A DNA stretch of 64,000 nt from a virus: IMG/VR virus record IMGVR_UViG_3300025880_000012, positions 1-64,000 of that record. The stretch is one strand, 5' to 3'. The notes under the pieces were generated by a model that saw nothing but the letters and a program-made list of their open reading frames with translations, did not search any database and was not told where the DNA came from. A program made the translations under genes and the position numbers. Shown piece by piece: positions 9,401 through 19,030 of the stretch (positions are counted from its first letter, which is position 1; every line of letters begins with the position of its first letter).

Positions 9401-11302
9401 GATTATCAGGAGGGTAAATATTTACGTTCTACCGCAAACGGTTTAGAGTACATTGATATCACAGGTTTAGCTGAAGAGGTATCCTCAGAGATCGATTTTC
9501 CTGAAGGAGTAACTAGATTTACTGGGTTACATGATACACCCATCAACTATAATAATGGTGCTTATTTAAGGTCGACAACTAATGGTTTAGAGTATGCTGG
9601 AATTGAGCCCACTAAATATAACTCAATTAATGATTTGCCAGCTCAAGCCGCAAATCATGACGGAGAAGTGGTTAGAGTAGGTTGTGATTTATATTTATCT
9701 TGCGATGGTGTTTGGAAAAAGTTCAAACAAGAAACGAGTGAAGTTATTGACGACCCTAATGATATCTTTCCTGAATGTGTAGAAACGACAGCAGAAGCTT
9801 TACAGTATCAGCAATATTTTGATGAAGTTATGGCTGCAGGAAATAGTTCTAGTTTTATAGATGGTTTAAACGGAACTTCTGAAAATAGCGATTTAAAATC
9901 TGTTTGCTTATTTAAAAAAGATCTTTATAACTCTGTATCCTGGGGTCAGTCATCCTGGCAAACTAGAGGTTTCTCTAGTATGGGTAACTTTGGAATAGGA
10001 AAAGAGCACGATAGTAATTGTAGTCCTAAATTTAAAAAAGGTAGCGATCAATTGTTTTTTATAATTGATACTCGCATCAGCAGCAGCACTGTAGATACAA
10101 TGGATTTAATTGTGGGAAAAATTAATGATTCATTTCAATACGAGAAAGTGTGGAGTAAAAGAGTAAATAATGAGGGATATAATGGAGTTGCAGATATTAC
10201 TGATGATTTTAAGCATATTGTATATTCCCAAAATAGAGTCAGTTCAACTACTGTATACGATATACATGTATTGGATAACAACGAAACTACTGGCGGTTAC
10301 GAACAAAATAGACCGCCAATCACAATAGAGCTAGCTCAGTCTTTATACAATATAACCCCTTTAAATTCTAATTCAAATTTAGGTATCCTACCATTCAGAA
10401 TATCACAAGATGGAAAAAGAGTATTTGTTATGTTAGGTCATGGAACTGCTACCAACACTAGTTTAAGGTTATTTATTTTTGAATGGAATGGTACAGATTG
10501 GGTTTTGCCTTATGTAATGGATATGCCTACACCCAAAGATGGAGCTGTAACAATGATAACATCATGGATACACTCATTTCTTTTGAATGAAGATGAAAGT
10601 GTAATTTACTTAATTGGAGGCAGGATACAGACAAGTTCAAAATCTGGAGGAGTATTTAGAATAAATTATGAAAATGTATCTATCGGTCCACAAATAGGTC
10701 AAAACTTCTGGAACCATTCATCTAATGGCGTTATGTCAATGAATAATTTAGGTAATATTATTACATCTAGAGACGAGAATAGTTCAGATCCCAACTATAT
10801 ATGGAAGTATAATGAAAATTCTGGAATTTGGGATAGAATTGCAAGCATTAAATCGACATACCTAAGTATGTCTAGGAACGGAAAATTTTTCTTCGATAAA
10901 ACTGGTTTTACTGGAAAAGTTTATTACTATAATGAAAGCACAAACTCATTGATTCAAATAGCTCAAAATTTATCGACAAGTAATACTGGAAACAATGCTG
11001 CAATTTCTGATTCTGGGCAATCAATTGCTTATCCCAATAACACTGCAACTATTGCATTATCTCAAATTCCAGAAGTAGAAGGAGATATTTACAATAATTC
11101 TGTCGTTATTGAAGAGTCTAACTATAAGTGGGGACTTTTTGAAGGGAATACCAATATTAACCTTAGTGGCTCAATAGATACAAATTGTACATTTACTGAA
11201 TGGCAAACCTCTGACGTTAATCTAACTGACTCAAGTAACATTAATACCACCGCAAACATTAATAAAAGTGCATCCATTACAGGTGTATTTAATTGTGGAT
11301 AA
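6413..11302 (+). CDS. fibre/adhesin 1 (FTGLxDTP repeats, beta-propeller-like insert, C-terminal YKWG...ITGVFNC module)
   Basis: 1629 aa; many TGLxDTP repeats; modules shared with the six downstream genes. Confidence 0.75.
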   Translation: MPNVEDSDQSKENAFFLVKDVSKTLIGGKDADGNPQAYFDTSDVGVIQSTALLQKLNNSEFVLGSEGEVNQTWFTFLQQGSKVYSMGGNSTPSTVTITWNNSSNLESDIEKCRDLEVNWAQSVLDQWDTVVTSPGPPPFFKPINTNFGQKVFNSGEVKNDLLSADPSISSITSKDTLKSYLEDIISGANNHSVKPGSRGRSTIPIVEYFKFYNSSTGEKFENPGTVDDLMTLINSIYGNTESEQIQAQRDNLSNFSSLGEAVLAFQNSTEYSVGPFVQGEERITGYQNINTEEAVSEIPEGEDIANFTPLTEIISILDNFKKQFSKYTDLGAPEHLFSGVMINNYLIENQTISGLADTPSGNISGMLLVSDGSGFDYVSHTLTGLSDTPTGYLSGYYLRSHASGFEYISPEDFGESIDYFTGLSDTPSGYVSHSGHYLIVNDGESGIHFTGIEKIAQDLTNHGFVGGEGSNHFTGLQDTPSDYNSGHYLRSTDNGIEYAEPSELGQDILTNTTGLASGYLRIDDDGTGIVIVDRETFKDEIDLQADFTGLQDTPSDYSEGDYLRSTSNGLEYVTTSGLAQDIGDEIVNNIVTGDLLGFTGLNDTPTGYETGKFVRVNSAGDAVEYSDISFLNDVIDAPESQLVSGFLQLDKDGKLVWSPATTDGDVSFTITGATHFTGLLDTPNAYDNGKFLAFDAFKNQITGVELKLASSFYGPADVINDPNDLAKVGDKKILEYHKTQEHGYEIKWVDQITEITTFTGLNDTPTNYQEGKYLRSTADGLEYVDITGLAEEVSAEIDFPEGATGFTGLHDTPADYQEGKYLRSTADGLEYVDITGLAEEVSAEIDFPEGATGFTGLHDTPADYQEGKYLRSTADGLEYVDITGLAEEVSSEIDFPEGATAFTGLHDTPADYKNYEDRYFVVSSGDSLSYEQVKFLENVKDAPNVNNVPSDGTGYLQLVQESNEWILKWAPGTIEGDITQNFQGTEYFTGLEDTPTDYQEGKYLRSTANGLEYIDITGLAEEVSSEIDFPEGVTRFTGLHDTPINYNNGAYLRSTTNGLEYAGIEPTKYNSINDLPAQAANHDGEVVRVGCDLYLSCDGVWKKFKQETSEVIDDPNDIFPECVETTAEALQYQQYFDEVMAAGNSSSFIDGLNGTSENSDLKSVCLFKKDLYNSVSWGQSSWQTRGFSSMGNFGIGKEHDSNCSPKFKKGSDQLFFIIDTRISSSTVDTMDLIVGKINDSFQYEKVWSKRVNNEGYNGVADITDDFKHIVYSQNRVSSTTVYDIHVLDNNETTGGYEQNRPPITIELAQSLYNITPLNSNSNLGILPFRISQDGKRVFVMLGHGTATNTSLRLFIFEWNGTDWVLPYVMDMPTPKDGAVTMITSWIHSFLLNEDESVIYLIGGRIQTSSKSGGVFRINYENVSIGPQIGQNFWNHSSNGVMSMNNLGNIITSRDENSSDPNYIWKYNENSGIWDRIASIKSTYLSMSRNGKFFFDKTGFTGKVYYYNESTNSLIQIAQNLSTSNTGNNAAISDSGQSIAYPNNTATIALSQIPEVEGDIYNNSVVIEESNYKWGLFEGNTNINLSGSIDTNCTFTEWQTSDVNLTDSSNINTTANINKSASITGVFNCG
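8684..9545 (+). repeat. 144-bp (48 aa) tandem repeat x3 plus a dispersed 4th copy
   Basis: ttaccaagaaggtaaatacttacg at about 8713, 8857 and 9001; similar copy at about 9400. Confidence 0.9.
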
Positions 11303-11304
11303 TT

Positions 11305-13437
11305 ATGAGTAATAACTTACAGCATGTATTGAATCAAGCTTTCTCTGGAATGGGAGATGCTGTTAGAGCAAAACTATATATAACAGGTTTAAATGACACC
11401 CCAACAGGCTACCTTGGACACAGTGGCGATTACCTTGTAGTCAATGACGGTGAAACTGGCATACATTTCACAGGCATAGAAAAAATCGCGGCTGACCTTA
11501 CAGATTATGGATTTATAGGCGGAGATGGAATTACTGGATTTACTGGACTAAAAGATACTCCTACAGGTTACCAAGACCATAGTGGTGATTATCTTGTAGT
11601 AAACGACAACGAAAGCGGCATACATTTCACAGGTATCGAAAAGATCGCGGCTGATTTAGTAGATTATGGATTTGCTGGAGGTGGGGGGTCGACTAATTTT
11701 ACTGGGCTTCAAGACACTCCGAACAATTATAGTGATGGTAGTTATTTAAAATCCACAGCTAACGGTCTAGAGTATGCTGGAATTGTTCCCACTTCTTACT
11801 CAGATGTTTTGAGTTTGCCCAGCAATCCCAATCAGCACGAAGGAGAAGTTGTAAAAGTTGGGTGCGATATTTATCTATCCTGCAACGGAGAATGGCAAAA
11901 GTTAGATACATCAAGCCAAGACGACGTTCCATCATCTTATCCAGCCTGTGTTACCACGACTGAAGAAATGGTAGAGTATGATAAGTATGAGCAAGAAGTT
12001 TCAGATGAATTATCAGAACAAGAATTAATAAATAGCATTAATGGAATCGAAGCGAATACGGACATTAATAATGTTTGTTTATTCACAAAAGATATTTATG
12101 ACGATATTATTCTAGATGAAAATGCAACCTGGCAAAATAGGGGTGATATTGGCAATATTATTGAGCGGCGGTATTCATGGACTAGAGTAAGTGAGGATGG
12201 AACTAAATTTGCTCATGATAGCTCTATAGTTATTGGATCATCCTCATCGAAAAGAAAAACTTATCTATATTTCACCGTGTCAACCTTAAATAAACAAACT
12301 CAAACAATCACCAATAGTCAAACATTTAAAAATGCGAATAGCTTCATTTATATTACTCACAATTTTCAGTGGATTGTCGCAGTAAATTACATTAATGGTG
12401 AAGGAACAGCTTACGATGATACTGGAGGCTTAGACCCACATAGAATTGAAATTCATAAACTAAATACTGCATCCAATATTTATGAATTGCATGAAATTTT
12501 TGATACACCCGAATCACTAAATATAGATTGGATCGGAAGTGACGAGGCCATAATTTCAGAAGACGGTAATCAACTCTTAATTGCTTCGACCGCTTTAGGT
12601 TTAAACAAATTGTACAACTTCGTAAGAAATGGAAATTCATGGGAGCATCTCAATACATTTAGTATACCCGCTATCCCTTCGATAAGACAAATCAATAAAG
12701 ATTTAACTAAAATAGCTATTTATTCGAACAACACAAAGTTATTTGGATTATATAATATTAATTATGAAACTAGTGTTTTAGAAAATATTATAAGTTTGAC
12801 CACTCCTACTGACGGGAGAAAAGACTTAGTTAATGAAAATTTCGACACAGTTCTTCAAACCAAGCACCACGCCGGAAGTGTTTATTGGTATTCTGTATAT
12901 AAATATGATGAAACAAGTAATAGTTTTAAGATAACTAACACTGGAAACCCAAGCGTAGTAGATAAAGACGGGATTAATGCTATTCATCCTACTTATCTTG
13001 ACCTAAATCAAAATAGTATGTCTGAAGATGGAAACATAATAACTCTACCTGGAGTAGGTGTTTACTATTATAATAGCTCAAACGATACTTGGAATTTAAT
13101 GGGGAATAATATTAATACCAATATAAATTTAATGAGCTCAGATGGATCAATTATAGGAACCGAGGATGGTATTGTTAGAGAGATTTACTTTACTCAAGTT
13201 CCTCGCACAAACACTAGCCTTTATAACAATTCAGTACACATTGAAGAATCAACGTACAAGTGGGGGATTTTTAATGGTGACCAGTCGATTAATATCACAG
13301 CATCAGAAAGTGCTGGTTGCACGTTCAGCGAGTGGACAACTGCTGATATTTCTATACTTGGAAACATTAACAGCAATCAAACAACGGCATTAATAAGTCA
13401 AGATACATCAATAACAGGTGTATTTAACTGCGGATAA
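11305..13437 (+). CDS. fibre/adhesin 2 (beta-propeller-like insert; start ATG 11305)
   Basis: Two copies of the DTPTGY..HSGDYLVVND cassette; repeated SEDG/SSDG propeller-like motifs. Confidence 0.75.
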   Translation: MSNNLQHVLNQAFSGMGDAVRAKLYITGLNDTPTGYLGHSGDYLVVNDGETGIHFTGIEKIAADLTDYGFIGGDGITGFTGLKDTPTGYQDHSGDYLVVNDNESGIHFTGIEKIAADLVDYGFAGGGGSTNFTGLQDTPNNYSDGSYLKSTANGLEYAGIVPTSYSDVLSLPSNPNQHEGEVVKVGCDIYLSCNGEWQKLDTSSQDDVPSSYPACVTTTEEMVEYDKYEQEVSDELSEQELINSINGIEANTDINNVCLFTKDIYDDIILDENATWQNRGDIGNIIERRYSWTRVSEDGTKFAHDSSIVIGSSSSKRKTYLYFTVSTLNKQTQTITNSQTFKNANSFIYITHNFQWIVAVNYINGEGTAYDDTGGLDPHRIEIHKLNTASNIYELHEIFDTPESLNIDWIGSDEAIISEDGNQLLIASTALGLNKLYNFVRNGNSWEHLNTFSIPAIPSIRQINKDLTKIAIYSNNTKLFGLYNINYETSVLENIISLTTPTDGRKDLVNENFDTVLQTKHHAGSVYWYSVYKYDETSNSFKITNTGNPSVVDKDGINAIHPTYLDLNQNSMSEDGNIITLPGVGVYYYNSSNDTWNLMGNNINTNINLMSSDGSIIGTEDGIVREIYFTQVPRTNTSLYNNSVHIEESTYKWGIFNGDQSINITASESAGCTFSEWTTADISILGNINSNQTTALISQDTSITGVFNCG

Positions 13438-13439
13438 TT

Positions 13440-15584
13440 ATGAGTATACAAGATAGGTTAAACTCAGCTAAGTTGATTGGGCAAACAATTGACCAAAGAT
13501 TATATATTACTGGCTTACACGACACCCCAACAGGCTATCTCGGCCACAGCGGAGATTATCTCGTAGTAAACGATGGTGAAAGCGGCGTACATTTCACAGG
13601 TATCGAAAAGATCGCGGCTGATTTAGTAGATTATGGATTTACTGGAGAAAGCTCAACGATACCGAGTTACACAGATCTTCCAGATGTCACAGAAAACGAT
13701 GGTAAAATAGTAGCCTCTGGATGCGATCTTTATCATTCATGCAATGGAACATGGAATAAAATCGGTGGTGAATCGATACCTCCACCAGCCGAAGCTCCAG
13801 GATGTGTAACGAATCTCGAAGAATATAACCAATACCAAGAGTACAAAGATGATTTTTTAGCGGATAATCTAGGTAACACATTTGATCAAATGTTAAACTC
13901 GAATAATGATATTAGCAATCTAATCTTTGATGTCTGTTTGTTTCCTGAATCAAACCTAGAGAACGAAAGAAATACGGTAGTTATTGATGAAACTACTTAC
14001 AAGTGGGGAATGTTTGCGGGCCCGCAAACAATAAACCTTTCTGCAGAGGGATATTCTGACGGTCAAGGAAACGATTGTGTATTTAGCGAGTGGACGAGTA
14101 GCAATGCAAATTTTGGAGATTCTAGTAGTGCGAATACTACTGTTTTTGTGGATACTGATTTGTCGATCACTGGAAGTTTTGAGTGTTTGATTGCTCCTAG
14201 TCAACCAAGTTGTGATCGAGTAGTTTTACACCTTCAACCAACTGCTGGAGAAACTATCACCGACAAGAGTAGCGACGAACATGCGATCACTGTGGTTGGC
14301 GATACAACAGTAGACAACACCAAAACATTGTTTGGTGAAGACACAATGCATTTTGATGGTAATGGAGATGGAGTGAGTGTTGGTGACACAAGCACATTCA
14401 AATTTTTACATGACGCTAGCACCGATTACACAGTTGAGTGTTGGGTAAATTTCTCAACACTCTCAGCCCTGGTTAATCCAATAATCGGAACTGCAGGGAA
14501 TAGCCATACAACTGGATTTAGCATTTATTATGCTGGTAGCAACAACGACAACAATGAATGGAGAGCGTTAATATGGAGAGGAAGTCAAGATGTACCAGTT
14601 GCTCGTGTAGATATTTCGGATGTACCAGAAACAAACAGATGGTATCATGTGGCTGCAGTACACACGAACAACACATTGTATTTTTATATTGATGGTGTTT
14701 TGGGTGGCTCAAGTTCTGGAGTAAATTATTCTAGCAACGATTGTTGGAGAGAATTGAGGGTGGGTAGCGCTGAAGCTGAAGCAGGTGATAATCGATATTC
14801 AGACTGCCAAATCCAAGACGTGCGCATCAGCAAAAAAGCAGTTTACACTGGCAACTTCACCCCGCCAACAAATTTGCTCGCTAACCTTTGCCCCGAACAA
14901 CCAAGTTGTGAAGATGTAGCTTTACATCTTCAACCTGACACAGGAGAAACTATCACTGATAAGAGTGGTAACGAGCATGTGATCACAACTGTTGGTGATA
15001 CAGTTGTAGACGACACTACCACACTATTTGGTGGCGACACAATCAATTTTGATGGTAACGGAGATTATTTGACGGTCAATCAAACCAGCACATTGAACCT
15101 GGGTGGTAATTTCACCATGGAAGGTTGGTTTTATATAAAAGATCAATGGGGTGTAAACGGTGTGAATTGCTTGGTATCACAATGGACTGACAATAGTGAA
15201 TGCGGTACAAATTGGTCATTAAATATCAGGCAGTCCACAAAGAACTTGGAGTTTGCTAGAAAAACAACTAGTTGTACATCAGGTGTAGTGTTGACCGGTG
15301 GATTTGAATACAACACGTGGACTCATGTGGCTGTGGTTGGCGAAACAACCGAGAACACCATCAAGATGTATGTGAACGGCGGGCAAGCACAACAGTCAAT
15401 AACAGACAAAGACACCCGGAGCGAAAATTTAACATATCCAATATACATAGGAACCAGAAAATTTGCGAACAATGGTGACCCAATGGACTTCGCTGGCCAT
15501 ATTCAAGACTTTCGTATCAGCAAACATGTGGTATACACAAGCAACTTCACCCCGCCAACAAATTTGTTAAACAACCCCTGTTAA
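13440..15584 (+). CDS. fibre/adhesin 3 with two C-terminal LamG/ConA-like domains
   Basis: FDGNGD, YTVECWV/FTMEGWF, WYHVAAV, IQDVRISK..VYTGNFTPP duplicated. Confidence 0.8.
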   Translation: MSIQDRLNSAKLIGQTIDQRLYITGLHDTPTGYLGHSGDYLVVNDGESGVHFTGIEKIAADLVDYGFTGESSTIPSYTDLPDVTENDGKIVASGCDLYHSCNGTWNKIGGESIPPPAEAPGCVTNLEEYNQYQEYKDDFLADNLGNTFDQMLNSNNDISNLIFDVCLFPESNLENERNTVVIDETTYKWGMFAGPQTINLSAEGYSDGQGNDCVFSEWTSSNANFGDSSSANTTVFVDTDLSITGSFECLIAPSQPSCDRVVLHLQPTAGETITDKSSDEHAITVVGDTTVDNTKTLFGEDTMHFDGNGDGVSVGDTSTFKFLHDASTDYTVECWVNFSTLSALVNPIIGTAGNSHTTGFSIYYAGSNNDNNEWRALIWRGSQDVPVARVDISDVPETNRWYHVAAVHTNNTLYFYIDGVLGGSSSGVNYSSNDCWRELRVGSAEAEAGDNRYSDCQIQDVRISKKAVYTGNFTPPTNLLANLCPEQPSCEDVALHLQPDTGETITDKSGNEHVITTVGDTVVDDTTTLFGGDTINFDGNGDYLTVNQTSTLNLGGNFTMEGWFYIKDQWGVNGVNCLVSQWTDNSECGTNWSLNIRQSTKNLEFARKTTSCTSGVVLTGGFEYNTWTHVAVVGETTENTIKMYVNGGQAQQSITDKDTRSENLTYPIYIGTRKFANNGDPMDFAGHIQDFRISKHVVYTSNFTPPTNLLNNPC

Positions 15585-15585
15585 A

Positions 15586-15599
15586 GTGTAATAAATATC
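15586..15599 (+). promoter_or_regulatory. GTGTA putative late promoter
   Basis: 14 nt before ATG 15600. Confidence 0.6.
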
Positions 15600-17582
15600 A
15601 TGTCAGAATCAACACAAAAAATGCTATCAGGAATAGCTGAGATGGCTAGATCGATACAAACTTATGTACCAACAGGGCTTTTTCAATTAAAAGACACCCC
15701 AACAGGCTACCAAGGACACAGTGGCGATTACCTTGTAGTCAATGACGGTGAAACTGGCATACATTTCACAGGTATCGAAAAGATAGCGGCTGACCTTACA
15801 GATTATGGATTTGGTGGTACCACTTTAAATATACCAAAATATACCACCTTGCCAGACCCAATAACTAACGATGGTAAAATTGTAGCTAGTAGTTGTGATT
15901 TATATTATTCTTGTGATGGTGAGTGGGAAAAAATAATTCAGTTTAGTGAAGATGTCATACCAGAAACATATCCAGTGTGCGTAAAAACACAATTAGAAAT
16001 GATAGAGTACGATGCCTACAAGGACGAAATAGCAAACCAGCAAATGGAGTCGGCATTTGTCGACTCTCTTAATGGAGAAAGTAACAGTTTGGAGGTAAGA
16101 AATGTATGTTTACTCAAAAAAGAACCCACTAGCTCTATAAGTATCAACCCAGACGAAGCTTGGAATGAGATTGCGTCATTTGAGATATCGAGGGCTCCAG
16201 TTGTGATGAATTATCAAAAAAATACATATATAATAAATGATGCTAAAGATAAATTCTTAATTCCATGGCTAAGAGTTCCAACTACTGATCAATATTCTGT
16301 AAGAATTGTCAATGAACAGGGAGAAACACTTTTTAATTTTTCTGGCTTTGGGCGTTATACTTTTGTTTCTATAACTTCTGACTTTAAATATATAGCTCAT
16401 ATGACAGAGATATCTAGCCAGAATAACGACAAAGAAATTAATTTATATAAATTCAATGAATCAAATAATTCATATGAATCCTATGGAAAAATAGAGCACA
16501 GTGTATTTACTGGCAATAGAGATGGATTTAGAATTAGTGAAAATGGTCAAAAAATAGCTTGCAGTGGATCCGGAAAAATTGGAATTTTTGAGGAAAATGG
16601 TGGTAACTGGGAACTTGTAAATGAAATGACATTTTCCCCCCATCTTCGTACAACTTCAAACATACCTCATATTTCATATAGTCCAGATTTAAGTAAATTT
16701 GTAATCGAAGCAAATATATTAGATACAGGTTCTGAGTATATGGAATTTGGGGGACTTAAATTCTATGAGATTGACTATGTTAATAATATAGTTAGTAAAT
16801 ATATGCAGATAGAATGGGATTCTAATGATTCAGTTACATCTTGGGTACTTAATGATAATTTCGACACTTTAGTTGTTATGAGAACTATTCCAGGCCAAGG
16901 GTCAACTCATCAGTTGGCGGACTATATATCTGTATACAAATATATTCAATCATCTAATTCTTGGGTGATAACCAATCAATCAAACTCTAACAGTTTATTT
17001 CAAGGTGTAGCAGGCAAACATACGATAAATTCTGAACCCCTTGCAATTACTGAGTATGCTTTATCCCCTAATGGAGATTTTATTGTTTTAAGTCTTGGAG
17101 AGTATGAAGACACTAGCTCGAGCTATAATGTACCTCAGGACGGCGAAACTATAACTTATTACTACGATAAAGATATTGACCAATGGATACAGTATGGTAT
17201 TGATCCAATTATTGGGTCTGCATCTCCATTAGCTATATCTAATGATGGATCTACCATAGTTAGTTCAAATCAAAAATATAATATCTCGAAGCAAGCACTA
17301 TATAGGTATTTTTTTATTAATAAAATGTTTTTTGATGAAAGCTCTTTGACATCGTTTAGTAGTAAGAGTTATAATAATAGTATTTTCATTGAAGAATCTA
17401 CATACAAATGGGGAATTTTTCTACCTGAAACGACAATTAATTTAAATGGCTCCATTGACCCAGATTGCTCATTTATTCAATGGCAATCTAGTGATGCTGT
17501 AATTAATCAACCCAATACGTTTAACACATCAGTTATTATCAATAACGATTCCTCAATTACAGGTGTATTTAATTGTACATAA
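15600..17582 (+). CDS. fibre/adhesin 4 (beta-propeller-like insert)
   Basis: Shared cassette; ISENG/LSPNG/ISNDG motifs. Confidence 0.75.
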   Translation: MSESTQKMLSGIAEMARSIQTYVPTGLFQLKDTPTGYQGHSGDYLVVNDGETGIHFTGIEKIAADLTDYGFGGTTLNIPKYTTLPDPITNDGKIVASSCDLYYSCDGEWEKIIQFSEDVIPETYPVCVKTQLEMIEYDAYKDEIANQQMESAFVDSLNGESNSLEVRNVCLLKKEPTSSISINPDEAWNEIASFEISRAPVVMNYQKNTYIINDAKDKFLIPWLRVPTTDQYSVRIVNEQGETLFNFSGFGRYTFVSITSDFKYIAHMTEISSQNNDKEINLYKFNESNNSYESYGKIEHSVFTGNRDGFRISENGQKIACSGSGKIGIFEENGGNWELVNEMTFSPHLRTTSNIPHISYSPDLSKFVIEANILDTGSEYMEFGGLKFYEIDYVNNIVSKYMQIEWDSNDSVTSWVLNDNFDTLVVMRTIPGQGSTHQLADYISVYKYIQSSNSWVITNQSNSNSLFQGVAGKHTINSEPLAITEYALSPNGDFIVLSLGEYEDTSSSYNVPQDGETITYYYDKDIDQWIQYGIDPIIGSASPLAISNDGSTIVSSNQKYNISKQALYRYFFINKMFFDESSLTSFSSKSYNNSIFIEESTYKWGIFLPETTINLNGSIDPDCSFIQWQSSDAVINQPNTFNTSVIINNDSSITGVFNCT

Positions 17583-17584
17583 TA

Positions 17585-19015
17585 ATGAGTTACGACAAAG
17601 TTCAATTTATCTATAATGCATTCCAAAAAATGGGTGCAGCCATATCGACAAAACTTAACATAACTGGTTTAAACGATACCCCAACAGGCTACCAAGGACA
17701 CAGTGGAGATTACCTCATAGTTAACGATAACGAAAGCGGCATACATTTCACAGGTATCGAAAAAATCGCGGCTGATCTAACAGATTATGGATTTGGTGGA
17801 GGAAGTTCAACCATACCGAGTTACACAGATCTTCCAGATGTCACAGAAAACGATGGTAAAATTGTAGCTAGGGGTTGTGATTTATATTATAGTTGCGATG
17901 GCGAATGGAAAAAGATTGGTGCAGATTCTATACCTCCCCCAGAAGACGTACCAGGTTGCATAAGTAACCTTGAAGAATACAATGAATATCAAGAATATAA
18001 AGAGCGATTTTTGGCAGATAATATGGGGAGTGCTGCGGAATCTATTTTAAACAATGGAACAAAACTTTCTGATCTAGTCTTAGATGTATGCTTATTCCCA
18101 GAATCAAACCTAGAAAATGAAAAAAACACCGTAGTCATTGATGAAACCGAATACAAGTGGGGAATATTTGAGAGTCCGCAAACGATAAACCTTTCTGCAG
18201 TAGGATATTCTGATCAAATAGTTAGTTGTGTATTTAGAGAGTGGACGAGTAGCAATGTTACTTTTGAAGATTCTACCAGCGCAAATACTTCTGTTTTTGT
18301 GGATACAGATTCGTCAATCACTGGAAGTTTTGACTGTTTCTTTCCTCCTGGTCAACCGAGTTGTTCTGAAATTTTATTTCACCTTCAATCAAACAACGAT
18401 CAACCAATAGATAAATCAACACATCAAAGACCTATAGAAAATGCAAATAATGTCGTGTCATCTAACGATCAACAATTATTCGGAGGGTCAACTTTTGATT
18501 TTACTTCAGCGCAAGGAGCAATCGTAACTGAATTAGTTGACATATCATCTCCTGAAATAAATGGGTTTGAAGCTATAACCACTGAGGTTTGGATAAACTT
18601 AAATGATTTAGGTTTAAATCAGGGCTCGAGTCAAACCGTTTTTGAATTTGCTGGAATAGATCGATTAAGAATAAATGGCTCCACAAACAATCCGCGTCCG
18701 ATAGGGTCTTTATTTTGGGAAAGAGGAAACAAATCTCATTTCTTTCCTGCCGATATTTCACCTTTAAATATCAACCAATGGTATCATATTGCGGTTGTAT
18801 ATACTAAAAGCAATCAAACCCTTAAAGTCTATTTAGATGGAATACAAATTGCACTAATTGAACCTATAAGCTTTTTACTTCTTGATGGACATTGGAGAGT
18901 TGGTGGGCCTAGTGGATTCATAAAAGGATACTTGCAAGATTTTAGAGTTTCAAAGAAAGAAGTCTATACAAGCAACTTTACCCCACCAAATAGTTTATTA
19001 AGTAACCCCTGTTAA
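17585..19015 (+). CDS. fibre/adhesin 5 with one LamG-like domain (start ATG 17585)
   Basis: Shared cassette; WYHIAVVY, LQDFRVSK..YTSNFTPP. Confidence 0.78.
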   Translation: MSYDKVQFIYNAFQKMGAAISTKLNITGLNDTPTGYQGHSGDYLIVNDNESGIHFTGIEKIAADLTDYGFGGGSSTIPSYTDLPDVTENDGKIVARGCDLYYSCDGEWKKIGADSIPPPEDVPGCISNLEEYNEYQEYKERFLADNMGSAAESILNNGTKLSDLVLDVCLFPESNLENEKNTVVIDETEYKWGIFESPQTINLSAVGYSDQIVSCVFREWTSSNVTFEDSTSANTSVFVDTDSSITGSFDCFFPPGQPSCSEILFHLQSNNDQPIDKSTHQRPIENANNVVSSNDQQLFGGSTFDFTSAQGAIVTELVDISSPEINGFEAITTEVWINLNDLGLNQGSSQTVFEFAGIDRLRINGSTNNPRPIGSLFWERGNKSHFFPADISPLNINQWYHIAVVYTKSNQTLKVYLDGIQIALIEPISFLLLDGHWRVGGPSGFIKGYLQDFRVSKKEVYTSNFTPPNSLLSNPC

Positions 19016-19016
19016 A

Positions 19017-19030
19017 GTGTAATAAATATT
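19017..19030 (+). promoter_or_regulatory. GTGTA putative late promoter
   Basis: 14 nt before ATG 19031. Confidence 0.6.

Noticed and set aside
11283-11304. GTGTA within the ITGVFNC-coding ends of fibre genes as promoters
   Set aside because: Explained by Gly-Val codons; spacing to the next ATG is about 22 nt, outside the 14-17 nt pattern
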